From positions 106,826,001-106,890,000 of the forward strand of contig NC_043001.1 of NCBI RefSeq assembly GCF_006345805.1: a stretch of DNA of 64,000 nt, read 5' to 3'. Source of the stretch: Octopus sinensis. Taxonomy: Eukaryota. Shown piece by piece: positions 13,270-27,169 of this stretch (position 1 is its first letter; each line of letters begins with the position of its first letter). Made by a program: the position numbers and the translations under genes. The notes beneath the pieces were generated by a model that had not been told where the DNA came from, ran no database searches, and saw nothing but the letters and a program-made list of their open reading frames with translations.

Positions 13270-14235
13270 CTCATGCTTTCGAACTCCAGTCTTTTTCTCG
13301 ACTAATCACAATCACTATTGATATGATCTGTAGTCACTAGCTACAGGAAAATGCCGAAACAGAAACCGTTGTATATAGCTTTCTGCGACCTCACTAAGAT
13401 ATTTGATTCCAGGAATCTTGACGCTTTCGGAATAATTGTGACCAAATCTAGCTACCAACAAAACGTCATCAGAATCACATACTGGAAGCTAATGTGCGAT
13501 GACAACCTGACATGGGAGCTGGAGTAAGACAGAAATGAATATTTACTCCCTACGTTCTTTTCTATCACTCTGTCAGTTATAATCGAGCCCACTCTTTGCG
13601 ATCTTTCATCTATCATCCACATTTCAAGCTATTTAATCCTTTCTGATTCTATGTTGTGATATATTCACATCTACAATGATAAGTAAACATTAGTATGTTG
13701 TTGATATTACAGCAAATGCAACCTCAGCAGAACTACAGAAAACTACCATCATTTTCACTGGTATATATGAAAACGTGTCTACCTTTCAGTATAAGCAAAA
13801 CAAAGGTCGCATCAACAAGCACTTAACAAGCAGCAACCAGGCTATTCAAATACAAGGAAAGTCGATGGAAAATGTAGAGATGTTACCTATTACAAAACGC
13901 AGATATTGATTAGGGTATACAACGCCGGACAAGACATGGCAGCGCACGTTTCTGAAGGCTTAGAAGACAAGTATACGAATAAAAGAAGTCGTGATATATA
14001 ATGTAGTTGTAATAACCACTCTTCTATACAGCTCTAAAGCCTGGACAATCTATAGGCGACATCTCTGTTAGCTGGAAATATACTATTAGATATCTCTGAG
14101 AAAAGTTCTTGCACACTTAGAAATATTTAAAAAATGGAGGAATGTCGATCTACTCAAGCTAGCAATATCTCTTACAGTCAATCATGATTGCCCGCTATTA
14201 CCTTCGATAGACTGGTCACATCGTACGAATACCGC
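13270..14235 (+). mobile_element. RTE-clade LINE, heavily decayed RT region
   Basis: Broken motifs QKPLYIAFCDLTKIFDS, FVDITA (FADD-like), SISKTKV and VVITTLLYSSKAWTIYRRHL. Confidence 0.75.
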
Positions 14236-14499
14236 GCTACTGGATAGTCAAACAACTGTATAGATGAAAGCGTATACAGAGAAAACAAACGAAGTGGTTC
14301 AAGGATATATAGGAATTTGGAAAAGCGTGTTGACAAAGTACAAGCATTGATTTTTTTCCAATGATAATATTGTATATGACTTGAGATGTTTGACTTGCTT
14401 TAATATTTGTTGTCCTCTTTAGCAATTATATATATATATATATATATACACATATATATACATATATATTTACGTATGAAGTAAAAGCAGCTTTATGTA

Positions 14500-14780
14500 T
14501 TTTTCGGTGGCTGCAATGGCGTAGTGGAGTATAGAAGCTCTCATGTCACCGGTGTTAAAACACCTTGGTCATGGACAGGTGAGATAATTCACCCTCAATC
14601 CCATTTAGGAGTGATGGTCATCGATGTTTCGCCATTTGTGTGGCTGTGCGAAGACAATAGATGTAATTTATGTATCGCAGAAAAAAATTCTAATGATACA
14701 AACCAACGTCTTAAAACAGTACAGATGAGATATTCTTTACATGTTTACAGAGAAGAAAACTAAAGCAAAATATGCATTTA
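14500..14780 (+). mobile_element. Penelope-like element, GIY-YIG C-terminal remnant
   Basis: RCNLCIAEK motif in track ORF 14524..14763, resembling the CNLCL.EK motif at the end of Penelope ORFs. Confidence 0.5.
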
Positions 14781-15182
14781 GAGTAATTTTTTACATATAA
14801 AAAAGAATGAAGAAAATAATGTCCATATGTTAGATTGAAGTTTATATCGCCATCCAGGGAAAATTTTCTCTCAAACTTTCAAATTATGTGCTTGGATCGT
14901 CACAGTGATCACACAAACAGGAATGCCCAGTAGATATGGAGAAACATCCTGCCCAAGCACCATTTTGATTTTATTTTTTATTGCATTTCACCTAAAGGAA
15001 CGCGAAAAGAAGGAAACTCGGAGAAAAAAACCGACTGCGTGCACATACACACATATACACACAAACATACGCATATATACACACGCGCAACTGCACACGT
15101 ACACACATACACTTACCCCTCCATACATACCTACACAACATACTGATTCTGAAACGCATGCATGTTTTCATGTGTTTTCGTG

Positions 15183-15242
<60 letters not shown>

Positions 15243-16199
15243 CTTGATATACAGTCGAGAGTAGTAGTAAATTGAATTCTGATTTAGTGCCATTTAATCT
15301 GTAAAATGGTATTAATGTTTTAGCTCTAATGAAATTATGCCCTCTCTAATTTCGTCGCCTTATATTTTGCCTGCACTGTTAACTTCAGCTTGATTTTTTT
15401 TCCCGTTTGAACTAATTAAATAAGTGTCATCACAAGCATTCGACCTATCGGCTTCTTCTTTCTTTTTCTTTTCTTTTTATTATATATTTATTTATTTTGT
15501 TAGCCCCAGGTCAGCTCTGGCCGAGCATTCTCATAGTATGTAGAAAGTCAGCCGAACGAACAGACGCGTTCCACAGATCTGTTATTTCATTCTGTATATC
15601 ATGCCTCCTCTTCTTATTTGAATACGTTCTTCTACCCTTCGACACGCTGTAATAAGTCGCATGAGTCAGTGCGACAGTCTAGACACCTATTCTTTGCAAA
15701 GCCCTCTTTTCATTTAATTTGTTTGTTTCTGTCACTGGGCTGAAGCGCCGCCTTGGAAAGTTTGTCGAATAAATCGATTCCAATACTTGGAACATACATA
15801 TATATACATGCATACATACATATGCGTGTATATGTGTATGTATGCGTGCGTGCGTGTACGATGTACTTCTCACGCAATTTCTGTCTACAAAATTCCCTCA
15901 CGAGGTATTGAAATGTTCCAGATTATTGGTAAGAGACACTTGCCCAAGATACCGTGCAGTGGGACTGAACCCGAAATCGTATGGTTACAAAGAGACAAAG
16001 AGACTTTCATAAATGCACAGCTTTGTTGTTGTTCGTGGGCGGTCTTTGTCGAGCAGCAAACCGATGATCAAAGACATTCTATGGCTATGGCTATCCGGGT
16101 TCTTTTTTCAGTCATTATTTTTCTTATATTATCTAATGTCTTTACTTTTTTTGTTGTTGTTGTTGTTCAAAGAGACTTGGAGGAGACTTGGTTGCTATT

Positions 16200-17720
16200 C
16201 TTGGCAGGTTGGGTGACTATGTAACTCCTGTAAATCCTAGGGTGCCCATGACCGAAATGAGCAAGATGGACGCGTAACATTTGCTATTCCCGTGTTCTTA
16301 TTGCAGCTGTGCACCCCAGAGTAGCCTTCAGAGTTAGAGACTATCGTGGCTGCGAATATTTCTATGATTTTACACCAAGTGGAAGAAATATTTTTAGGAT
16401 TTGTTGTAGTAGTCCTATTCTGAAGTGTTGCATAAGAGTATGTCTCTAGAGGTTTAGTTGTGATTTTATGCCGTGGCAGAGACTCATGTCTGCTGCGGTG
16501 GCTTTGCTTACATGTAACGTGTCCACGAGGATTTTTTACGCTGTGTAAGTGGTTCATAGATATGGTCTGTGTATAGCGATGATACATAGTCCGCTATATT
16601 GTGTACTTTTATTGTAGTTTATTGTCGATATATATTTATTCTTGGGAGACTGGTAGCCTGCGCAGGGCTGGCATACATCACGACAGACTTAAATATATTA
16701 TATAGTGGTCTATGTTTGTGTGTCGTCTTACTTTCTTTAGTATGTCTTCTGTGTGTTATGAATGATGCGAAGCTGTATACAATTCATAATGCTCATTCTT
16801 CTGTGTCCATGTTGGTGAGTATATGTATTGTATTTAATAATTTTGTTACCATATTTCTTGTGTTTGTAATATAACTATTAACATGAAATTTGGATGGAAG
16901 GTTTTAAGTTAGATTACTTTAAAACAGGGAATTTGTATCATAGAACCATTGCTATCAAAATAGTTAATGTTTTATGGAGCTACTGGTAAGAATTGAAACA
17001 GTAGATTTGGTAGATACTACTTTAAACCTGTCATTGGAATCCAGATTTTCAGTTAGCTGAAGAACGTTTAGAGTAAATGCATAGTTGGCTCTGGAGAATA
17101 ATAGGAGGATGTGGAAAGGTAAGGATGTGAGAATAATGGATGTGAGTGTGATAGCATCTGTGTATGAGCTGTATATATGTTATGAGGTGCAGGGAGGTCG
17201 TGAAGCTATAGATTGAAAAGAACGGTCGAAAAGAGTTGTTATTGTATACTATATAATCTTGACGACGTCGTAGGTATTTTGTTGGTCAGTTGTTTGTATC
17301 GCTGTTTAATGCGCTATGTATTTTGTAGATAACTGGATAACGGAGAAGTTGAAAATTTGCTGATGTCAAAAGTAGTTAGCATGGTATAGGTGGTAGATTG
17401 ATGAAACCACTTAGTATCCTTTGTCTAAGTTTCGTAAAAATTGGATTGCTTTTGTTGTTTCAATCTATATTGTGATTGCAAGGGGGTCATGTGTTGGTTA
17501 AAGATGACAAAAGTTAGCCATTCTAAAAATTTCAGTGCGTGCATAAGAGAGGTGTGACTTCATTTGGTTTTTGTCGAGGTTCTACAGTAGTCCGGGAATT
17601 TCATAATGTCAGTAAAAGCGATAATAGACATTAGAGAATGCAGTGGCTACTTCAGGCCGTATATACTGTATTTTATGTTTATACTTATGATTTTGTCGGG
17701 CACTGAGGCCTAGAGGACCT
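16200..17720 (-). mobile_element. Penelope-like element, decayed RT/linker/EN remnant
   Basis: Frameshifted remnants resembling FDI.NFY (FDISKFS), VLWYN.PF and TSLASF.W motifs, with many stops. Confidence 0.55.
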
Positions 17721-18452
17721 TATTACTTTGACATGTCGGATAGAAAAAAATCAAAATCATGTTCTCGATGATTTGTACGTTTTTTTTTTATTTCACTTGC
17801 TGCCTGTCGAATTAAGAAACATAATTTCTGTTACCAAGTTATTTTCATTCCTTACTATCTTCTGCCCTCGTGTATTTCTGTATACATATATAATGGTGCC
17901 TAGTAGGAAAGTGTCAAATTTGTCGGCATAACTACAGATTTCTGTCCCCTCCCCTGCCGAATATACAAACTTTTGTGGGGTAAGTGTTTTAGGAGGAGGT
18001 GGGGAATTTCTGAAAATTCATCCGAGTCCACTTCAATTCTTCACTTTCAAGAAAATGTATATATATTTTTATGAAATTCTCAATTTCAGTAAATTCCGGA
18101 TAAACGTTTCTAATAAAAAGGCAGAAGACACCATAAACAAAAATAAGGAATATACACGCACAGTTAAATATAGAAGTGTAAAGTATAATTTGTTACATAA
18201 TCTCTATAATAAACATGATATTGAATGGAATAATTCCGTTTTAACTTTTTTAATTACATGTATGTGTGTGTGTGTGTGTGGTAGAAATCTACGGATGCAC
18301 AAACGCACAAAACGGAGAAAATGAAACAAATATGGACGACTTGTTCTGAAACACCCCCGAGTGGGGAACAGTTTTCAAAGGTAACCCCCAATTGTTTTCC
18401 TCCAAAATTCCTTTGTCCTCGGGATCTACACAGTATATGAAGAAATACTTAC

Positions 18453-18527
18453 ATGAATAGTAAATCCATTGAGTGTTAAAGTATTACTATTACACTCACT
18501 TTTCGACTGACATGCGTGAATGTATAT
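18453..18527 (-). CDS. Candidate coding exon 2 (IYIHACQSKSECNSNTLTLNGFTIH)
   Basis: 75-nt phase 0-0 exon. Acceptor tgttgcacttttatacacacag|, donor CAT|GTAAGT. Only frame 0 is open; the other two frames contain stops. Confidence 0.55.
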
Positions 18528-18609
18528 CTGTGTGTATAAAAGTGCAACAGTAACGTGATATATTCGCTGTGTGTGTGTATGTGTGTGTGTGGTGTGTGCG
18601 CGTGCGTGC

Positions 18610-18676
<67 letters not shown>

Positions 18677-18868
18677 TGTGTACTCTATACATGGTCTTTC
18701 ATTGTTTATAATCTGTATTGTTTTTGGGTTACGAAATAAGTTAGACGAACGTGTATTTACTTTATATACATATATCAGTTGAAAACTTTCTTTTCACATT
18801 TCACTTAACGTCTATGTTCCACGTTGGGATGGGTTGCAGAGATGCGTAGAAAGTTGGTATCTCAGCTA

Positions 18869-18955
18869 CTAGCAGTTGAGACCTGCGTAATCTATACGGC
18901 GTTTTTAAATTTCATTATTTTCTTTAACCCAGGCAACGCCGGGTATTTCTGCTAC
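18869..18955. mobile_element. Two outward-facing Helitron-type 3' ends
   Basis: Left: reverse complement of hairpin+CTAG|T. Right: cccaggcaacgccggg hairpin, tatttctg, CTAC|T. Confidence 0.55.
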
Positions 18956-19083
<128 letters not shown>

Positions 19084-19299
19084 ATATGTATGTATATCTG
19101 AGTGTGTACATATATATATATGTGTATGTGTATGTAATTGTATGCTATACAGAATGGATATGCTTTATACACTTTATTCTAATAATATCATATGATATAT
19201 TGTTTACTTATCTGATATTTCGATGTAAAACGGCATAATTCGTAAAAAGAAATTAAATTTCTGAGCATATATAAAAGAAAAGCAGGCTTCTTGAGGACA

Positions 19300-20135
19300 T
19301 AAATTCATAGGAAAATATGACCAGTGAAGAAGGCTTGAAGGCAAGAAATTTAGAAACAGAGGGAAATGCAAATTATAATTTATATTCAGTAATTTTCACT
19401 TTTACCTTCAAAGAGCTTTTACGTAGAAATATTAACTATATAGATAATTTATAATGAAAAGTGTGTGAATGAAATTGTCAATTATTATGACCCTTTTCAA
19501 AAAGCTTTCATCAGCGCTTTTGGTCATCTATCAATAGATAGGCCATAAATTTTACTACAGTACTTCAGAAACTTCACGGATAGTAAGGCGACGGCTTTCA
19601 CAGATCATAGTCCACACTTTTACAATATGATCATCGTTCTTTGTTGGGGAAGGTCGTACAGATATAGAATAACCTTCACCGAATGTTTTTTCTCAATTTG
19701 AAACGTTACAATCATTTGTGGTACTGTGGACAGCTCATGCAATCATAAACTTACAAAATTAAAAACAGATTGCAAACATTTCCTCAACATGAAATAGAAT
19801 CCCACACAAAAACGTTGCTCGTCCAAATTCTTCATTGTTCAACTTGTGACAAGTCACCAAATGCACTAAACACTGTGGCTGCTAACTCTACATTACGAAT
19901 CTTACTCTTTTCGTGAGAGCCCTTTGTCACAATGTTAGGAAATGTCGTATATTCCTACCCTACAAAATAAAATTTAAATTTTTTTATCTTACACCATAAT
20001 CATTTCATGTGTCCACTCAAGTACGTATTGATTAATAACGATCAAAAGCATCTATATACAGCACTCGCTCACGACTGCGTCGACTGGTTACCGCGCGCCG
20101 TTTAACGGCCCGGTTTAAGCCTTATATAGATAGAT
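19300..20135 (-). mobile_element. Possible Helitron remnant (5' TC end and decayed helicase C-terminus)
   Basis: Minus-strand tctatataaggc start near 20130, and weak remnants resembling TINKAQGQ.LK.CGL near 19610-19655. Confidence 0.35.
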
Positions 20136-20139
20136 AGAT

Positions 20140-20204
<65 letters not shown>

Positions 20205-20586
20205 TATAGATATACATTCATGTCTCCTGTCCAGGCTTGATTTACGCGTTCTCTACCACAACCTCGTTTATGCTTAGCAGCCCTTCTTGTTTGTTTTCAC
20301 TGTCTTGTTTGTGTTACCAATTCTGACCCTTCGCAAAATCTCAAATTTTATTTAATTTGCTTTGCGGGAGTAACTGTTTTATCGAAAGCGTGTATTGTTG
20401 TTAAATGCTCGAAATACGAGACTAGAAAAACAGCCAACAACTGATGAAGAGTCGTTCTATATGTTGTTTGTTTTGTTTTCCATTTGTGTCCTTCGTTGTT
20501 CAAAAGAATAATTCATGTTTCATGTACTCGTGCTTCGTACTTCTCTTTGTTGTACACGTTTCGTTACGACCTGTGCCTACATATTC

Positions 20587-20701
<115 letters not shown>

Positions 20702-20773
20702 TTTATTATTATTATTATATGATTGAACGCCACGCATCCTCTTCCAAGTAAGCTTTATCTATATTATATATAC

Positions 20774-20833
<60 letters not shown>

Positions 20834-20836
20834 ATA

Positions 20837-20896
<60 letters not shown>

Positions 20897-20913
20897 CATA
20901 TATGTACACATAC

Positions 20914-20962
<49 letters not shown>

Positions 20963-20963
20963 A

Positions 20964-21000
<37 letters not shown>

Positions 21001-21949
21001 TGCGAAGGAAGGAGTGGGTGCCTGAATGTCTGTGTTAATGTAAGTGTGCGTACATGTAAATAACATTACCCTAATTTTATATAACTTTATTTAAAATATA
21101 GTTGATTCAATTAATTTTCATTTTAAAACCTCATTAATGAATGTGGTTTGTTTTATTAATAGAATGATTTATACAAGTTTATTTTAGTCGGCTTCGAGTA
21201 AATATATGAAATGAATGCAAATATAAATTTAATCACACACGCACACACACACTCACATGTGATACTTGGGGACGGTCATATTCTTTCCGATTAGACACAC
21301 GCATTATATACTTGATTTTCACTTCAGTTTTAATATTTCTTTTAGTTTCTTTGTCAAAGCTTTTTCGTCGCACATCTTGTGGCCTCTTCAACGACTCTTT
21401 ATCCCCTGTTCTCCTCTTGTTCTGCTTAGTCCATTTTGATTTTCTGTGGTATGTCTCCTTATCTGCGCATGCGTTTGCATCTGCATCGGTGTGTGTGTGT
21501 GCGTGTCTATGTATTTACTCTGCGTGTTTTGTGTGCGTGTATATATATTTGCTTCCTACATTGTTTGTACTCGCATTTTTTATTTAGTTATTTTACTTAT
21601 ACGTATATTTACTTATTCATTTGCTTTATCTTTCTCTTTCTCATCCCGTCTTTAGTATATTTATGTGTACCTTGTGCATGTATATGGGTTTATGTATTAT
21701 ACTGTTTGTATCTGTATCTTTTTTTTCTCTCATTTTGTCTTTAGTTGTCAGGTTGCATAGTGTAGTGGGGTGGAAGCGTTTTATTATTTCATTCATGTTT
21801 TCTGTTCATGCTCGGTCTGTCTATAACTATGTGTGCGACTCCTGTAATCTGTCTGAGTGTCATGTCTGTTCCATGTGTTGATAATATATTATCTATGTCA
21901 TTAACCGAGTCTCCATGTCCTAATTACGCGAGCTGGTAGAGCACTGATC

Positions 21950-22260
21950 AGATTCTCTCCTCTTTGAGCTCCCGCCAGTGTCAACTCTCCGTTCACCTAT
22001 GTTACGTGTTGTCTCCCCAAATGTATGTTGTTGTTCTTCTTCTGCGCTGTCCCTCAGTGTACCTTATGCTATAGTCTACATTCCTAATATTACAGTTTAC
22101 CTGTGGGTTCACTCTAAAAATTATACGGTTGCATGGGGTTTTTTCAAATGGATATGTTCTACAGATCAGAGATTTTATGGGGTTCTCTGGCTTTTCAACT
22201 ACTTTAATCCGTAGATTCATCTTATCAAAGGTTTTCCTAAAAAAGGTATGCTAGTTAGTC
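21950..22260 (-). mobile_element. Penelope-like GIY-YIG endonuclease remnant
   Basis: Track ORF 22002..22220: IKVVEKPENPIKSLI..CNIRNVDYSIRY..YIWGD, resembling NVVY.I.C...YIGET. Related to 38578-38830. Confidence 0.55.
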
Positions 22261-24299
22261 ACAAGAGGGAGCGCCAATAAACATAACTCTCTAGTATTTT
22301 TTGTTGTTATACCATGAGCTGGCCTTATATCTTTATGTATGCATGCATGTAAATATGTATTATGTATGTGTATATATGTATATGTATACAAGCAAACACA
22401 CACGCATATATTCGATACAATTAATTTAAATATATAATTATAAATAACTACATCGGGTATTATTGTTTGTGTCTGTTATAAGCGAACTATTTGTGTCCCT
22501 TAGATATGTAGATTAAATAACTGCTTTTGTTGAATATATAAAAAGCAAGGAGCTAAATCTGACAAAGGAAAACTTCCATTGTTTTGTTAGTTATTCTCTT
22601 CTTTTTTTTTATCATTTTGCAACACCATAAAGATCAGAGCTTTCTTATGTCCCGCAATGTAAAACCTGATCGTCAGGATGAAATTATTTATCATATTTTT
22701 ATTATGTTCTATTTAGATTTATTGTATTACATTACACTTTTATATTATATTATATTATATTATATTATATTATATTATATTATAATATATTATATTATGT
22801 CATATCAAGATGGTGTTATGTCGCACGTTCAGATGACCTCTACTCAACTCCTCGACGTCTAGACTTCTCCCTCTATATCTACGTATTGGGCTAGCCTACT
22901 TCATCGTCTGGAGGCGTCCACACAACAGATGGTGAGCTGGCAAACTTGTTACCACTCCGGACAAAATGCTTAGCGGCATTTCTTCCGCTTGTTTGTGTTT
23001 CAGATGATTTTCCCTTTCATCCTTTTGGAATCAATAAAATAAGTAACCCCTAAAACTGTTGGCTTGTGCCAAAATTTGCAACTATGTTATGTTATACTCT
23101 ATTCTCTCCATGAAGAATTTCATTAATACTGTTGGCTTGAAGATTGTATTTGGCCAACTAGGCTTGTAAACTCATGAAGTGATTTTGATTAAGATCTTTT
23201 TTCTTTTTTGGTGGTGGTGGTGGGGTTGGGTGGAAAGAAATCCTACGAAATGTATGGTATTCCTCGCCATTGTGATATTGGATGCGAAACGAGTAAGATT
23301 GATAATCCTTGATCAGAAGCCACAGTGTTTACTCGACTGTCACTTTAGTCATTTTAAATTAGTTTACACGAATGTTAAGAAGTGCAACACCTACAAAGGA
23401 TGTAACAGCAACAACAATGCTACAAATACCCAACAAATCATGTATCTGAAATCAAAGGTATTTCAACATGCTGACATCATGCTTCACATCTAAGTTTACA
23501 GTTCACTAAGGCTTAACCCCCTAGAAACAGCAGCCAAATATTACTAAAATCATATGCTAGACTCTTGAAAAGGAAAAATGAATACATTATTTAATGTAGT
23601 ATTAGAATCGAGTTCGATTACCACTGGAACTGCTTATCGCAGCCGCACTTTATCAGAGTCGATACAGGTTCAAACAACAGCTAGACTAAAATTCCACATA
23701 TCCTACAGAAATAAGCCTTTCACAAGTAGTAGCAAGAGCTACTTTTACCTCATTACTTTCCCCTAATTTTGAGTAATGGTGTCAGAGATTATTAGATATC
23801 TCAAAGGGGATTCTTATATTTTTATTCCTACGAAATGTATTCTGAATGGATATAAAATGCCTTAACTACGCAAGGATTGCTAGAAATAAGAACCAAATAT
23901 TCCTCAAATCACGCCCTGCTATCTAAAATTTGGAAATAACATATTGGAAAATGTAATCTTAGATACTCATTAAAAGTACAGGATTACGGCGAATGGAATA
24001 TCTCAGATCATTGGGGGTTAAACAACAACATCATTATATAAATTACACATGACTCACGTGCTGACGTCCCAAGTCTGCACTTCAACAAGACTTTTGTTTG
24101 GTGTAGTCTAACCTAAATTGATATCCAAGAATAACTACGGAATTAGATTAAGTGGTTCCTGTCTCAAAAAAAAGCTAGAATTACGTCATGAATGAGCTAC
24201 TTTGAGGTTCAGCTCAAGTCATGGAGTAATATTTTCCAATAACATGTTCTGGGCTCATATATAATTTTACTGGGGCTCCCAACATAGTATAAGGAACAT

Positions 24300-25040
24300 T
24301 ATAGCAAAATGAGAATACTGACAATTGTAGATTAAAAATGACGTACATAAGCAGAAGAGAAGTTCCTACCCTAATCCAATTTAATATCAGTGATGTTATC
24401 AAATGCCACGAGCGAAATATTAAAGTTAATTGCAATATGCAACAACTGAACTACTGGGAAAAGTTGGTGATTTAAGATACTACTCCCTAGAGCAAAAATT
24501 AATTCATCTATATCAGTAATTTTGTGGAGTGACTCGCAGCAAACTTATGAATTGAAAGTCATGTCCATCTTTGAATCTGACTCCGCTGTATAGGGCTGAA
24601 ACTTTCGAACTTTCTCATTTAGAAATTGATACTGAAATGTCACTGAGTTCAAAGGACAACAACTCTTTAATATCTTCTCGCGAAACATAAGAAACCTACA
24701 CAGAAAAGATATGAATATGTACAAAAATCACTTTAACATTCTTCCCCACCCCGTATATTGGATGATAAAATATCACAGCAAGAAATGCAAATGAGCGCAA
24801 TGATATCAGATATTATCATTTAGCAAATGCAAAAGCATGACACAAAGGCAGTATTCCAACTTATGCTTTCGTCAAATGGATTGAACAAAAATATTAATCA
24901 AAACAGAATTTATATTAGTGTACCTTCAGCAAAGACGAGAAAAATAAGGTGTGTTACTCATTACCATAGTGCGAATCACTAAAGAAACTATATAGTGTAT
25001 ATCATATGTGTGTGTGTGTGTGTGTATGTATGTATATGTG

Positions 25041-25138
<98 letters not shown>

Positions 25139-25360
25139 TTCAGAAGCTTTTGATAATTAGAAATTCCCCGTAACTTCTATGATTTACACTACTAAAAAGT
25201 TAACCGTATTGGACTATCAGAATGTTACTGCGAATGAAATATAGATCCAAAGCCGTTTTAAGCATCATTCATGAGTCGATGCTTGAAAAATCCGAAACCA
25301 TACGAAGTCTAACACCAATAAAGCCAGATAATCAAATTCGTTCTACACTAATTGGCCATC
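24300..25360 (+). mobile_element. Decayed CR1/L2-group LINE 3' remnant split by a microsatellite
   Basis: LNYWEKL... and SLSSKGQQLF remnants resemble the YWERLK.L.LYSLERR and SLSFRGPQLFN motifs. Confidence 0.4.
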
Positions 25361-25854
25361 TTCTACTAACCATCACTTCAGCTAAGAGGTCTTAACATCT
25401 ATCACAGTCCCTCAACCTGCTAGAAATGGAAACTAAATCTTCATCAGATCACGCCTTGTTGCAATATAGGAAGAAGAACACAAAGAATAATGTGATCCTG
25501 GATGTACTATGTGAATAAAAGATGAGCCGATCATAGCTGGAACGCTATTGATCATAATTCTAGTTTGTTATAAATTATTTGAACTAAACAACAACAACCA
25601 CTCCAAAATATACAACACAACTTATAAGTATCCTTTACAAAAGATATAAAGTTCAATTTAAATATTTCTTCACAAAATTCTGGAAAATTGTAATATATAT
25701 TCCAGGAAACGATAACTCTGTAGTAAAACCAACAAAGTTTGATAAGTGAAAAAATGTTTCATTCATTGAACAGATAATGATATGAAATTATTGTTTGATC
25801 CAGTACCGGCTCTTCTTGAACATGAACATATAATATGTTGTAATGTAACATAAT

Positions 25855-26300
25855 CATAAGGCGGTGAACTGGTAGAATCATTAGCGTGCTAAGCAAACGG
25901 CTCAGCGGTATTTCGTCCAACTTCACGTTCTGAGTTCAAATATCACGAAGGTCGACTTTACCTTTCATCCTTTCGGTGTCGAGAAAATAATTACCAGTTG
26001 AGCACTCTGATCGATGTAATCGATTTACTTCTCCTCCAAACTTATCGGCCTTGAGCCAAAATTTGAAATTAATATTTAGTTACATGAAGGCAGCGAGCTG
26101 GCAGAATCATTAGCGCGCCGGGCAAAAGACTCGACGATATTTTGTCTGTCTTTACGTTCTGAGATCAAATGCCGCCGGGGTAGACTTTGCCTTCCATCGT
26201 TTCGTGCTCGATAAAAATAACTACCAGCTGAACCCTGGAATCGATGTAATCGATTTAGCCCCGCCCCAGAAATTGCTGACCTTGTGCCAAAATTTAAAAC
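25855..26300 (+). mobile_element. Two adjacent full-length SINE copies
   Basis: Each has the ggcg(g)..agctggcagaatcattagcg head, gagttcaaat B-box-like motif and gtcgat..aatcgattta body. Confidence 0.8.
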
Positions 26301-26408
26301 CAATATTATATAATCATTATTTATATTCGTGTGTCTGAAGCATGGATTGTTGAAATGATCGAAATGAAGAAATAATTTTAATGCCAACATCGTTATTCTT
26401 GAACTTAC

Positions 26409-26441
26409 CATATATATAGTAAAAAAGTGTAAAAACATCAT
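26409..26441 (-). CDS. Candidate coding exon 1 of an unknown secreted/GPI-type protein (MMFLHFFTIYM)
   Basis: ATGATG at 26441-26436 and 11 codons to a strong donor ATG|GTAAGT (intron starts 26408). Exits in phase 0, matching the next candidate exon. The 5' boundary of the exon is uncertain, and another frame is also open across this region. Confidence 0.45.
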
Positions 26442-27138
26442 ATCGGTCCAATGATGCCCCCCTTTCGGATTCCCATATATTTTCTTCACAAACACTGGAA
26501 ACTCTCTTATTTTGTTGCTTTGTTGGCAACCGGCTTGAACTCTCACAAGAAGAACTCAAATGAAACAAAAAAATCATACACACATGCATACGTATGTGTG
26601 TGCGTTCAAGTGGGTCTCACGCGCGAGCATGAGTGACCATCAATGGTGGTCAGAAAATACAGTTATTATTATTAATGTCCGTGGGAAATTTGGTCCTGAA
26701 GAGCGTACAGAACATTACAACAACTCGCATAATCAAAGCTAAGAAACCAAGATAAAGGCCACAGCAAGATCTGCCTATCAGCAATGTTAACGTGTATTAA
26801 ACAATAATAACTTTCTCCAGGAAGTATGCTAAAATTATTGTTATGAGGAACAGAACCTTTACATTCTTGGACCTTTTTCCAACACACGTAAACACAAAGC
26901 CCCGTACTTTATTTGCATTAATGTGTACATATAAGTGAATATATAAATACACACACACAGACACACAAATATACAAAAATACTTCTTAACTGGGCATGTA
27001 CCTAGCGTTACGTACGATAAAGAACAATGGAAAAATCTAAATTAAGATTACAAATACATAAATACATACATACATACATGCATACATGCATAGAAACATA
27101 CATGCATGCATACATACATACTTACATACATACAGACA

Positions 27139-27169
<31 letters not shown>

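Noticed and set aside
19488-19526. CTGATGA...GAAA on the minus strand
   Set aside because: Stem III and stem I cannot pair; chance match.
19760-19962. Exon with a strong acceptor at ~19961 and a donor at ~19760
   Set aside because: All frames contain stops, and it lies in a probable Helitron remnant.
20405-20455. Permuted hammerhead (gctcGAAA...CTGATGAagag)
   Set aside because: No valid stem III/UH site and no stem I.
26672-26887. 71-aa Cys/Trp-containing minus-strand ORF just upstream of candidate exon 1
   Set aside because: No convincing splice sites or recognisable motif; the length is attainable by chance.
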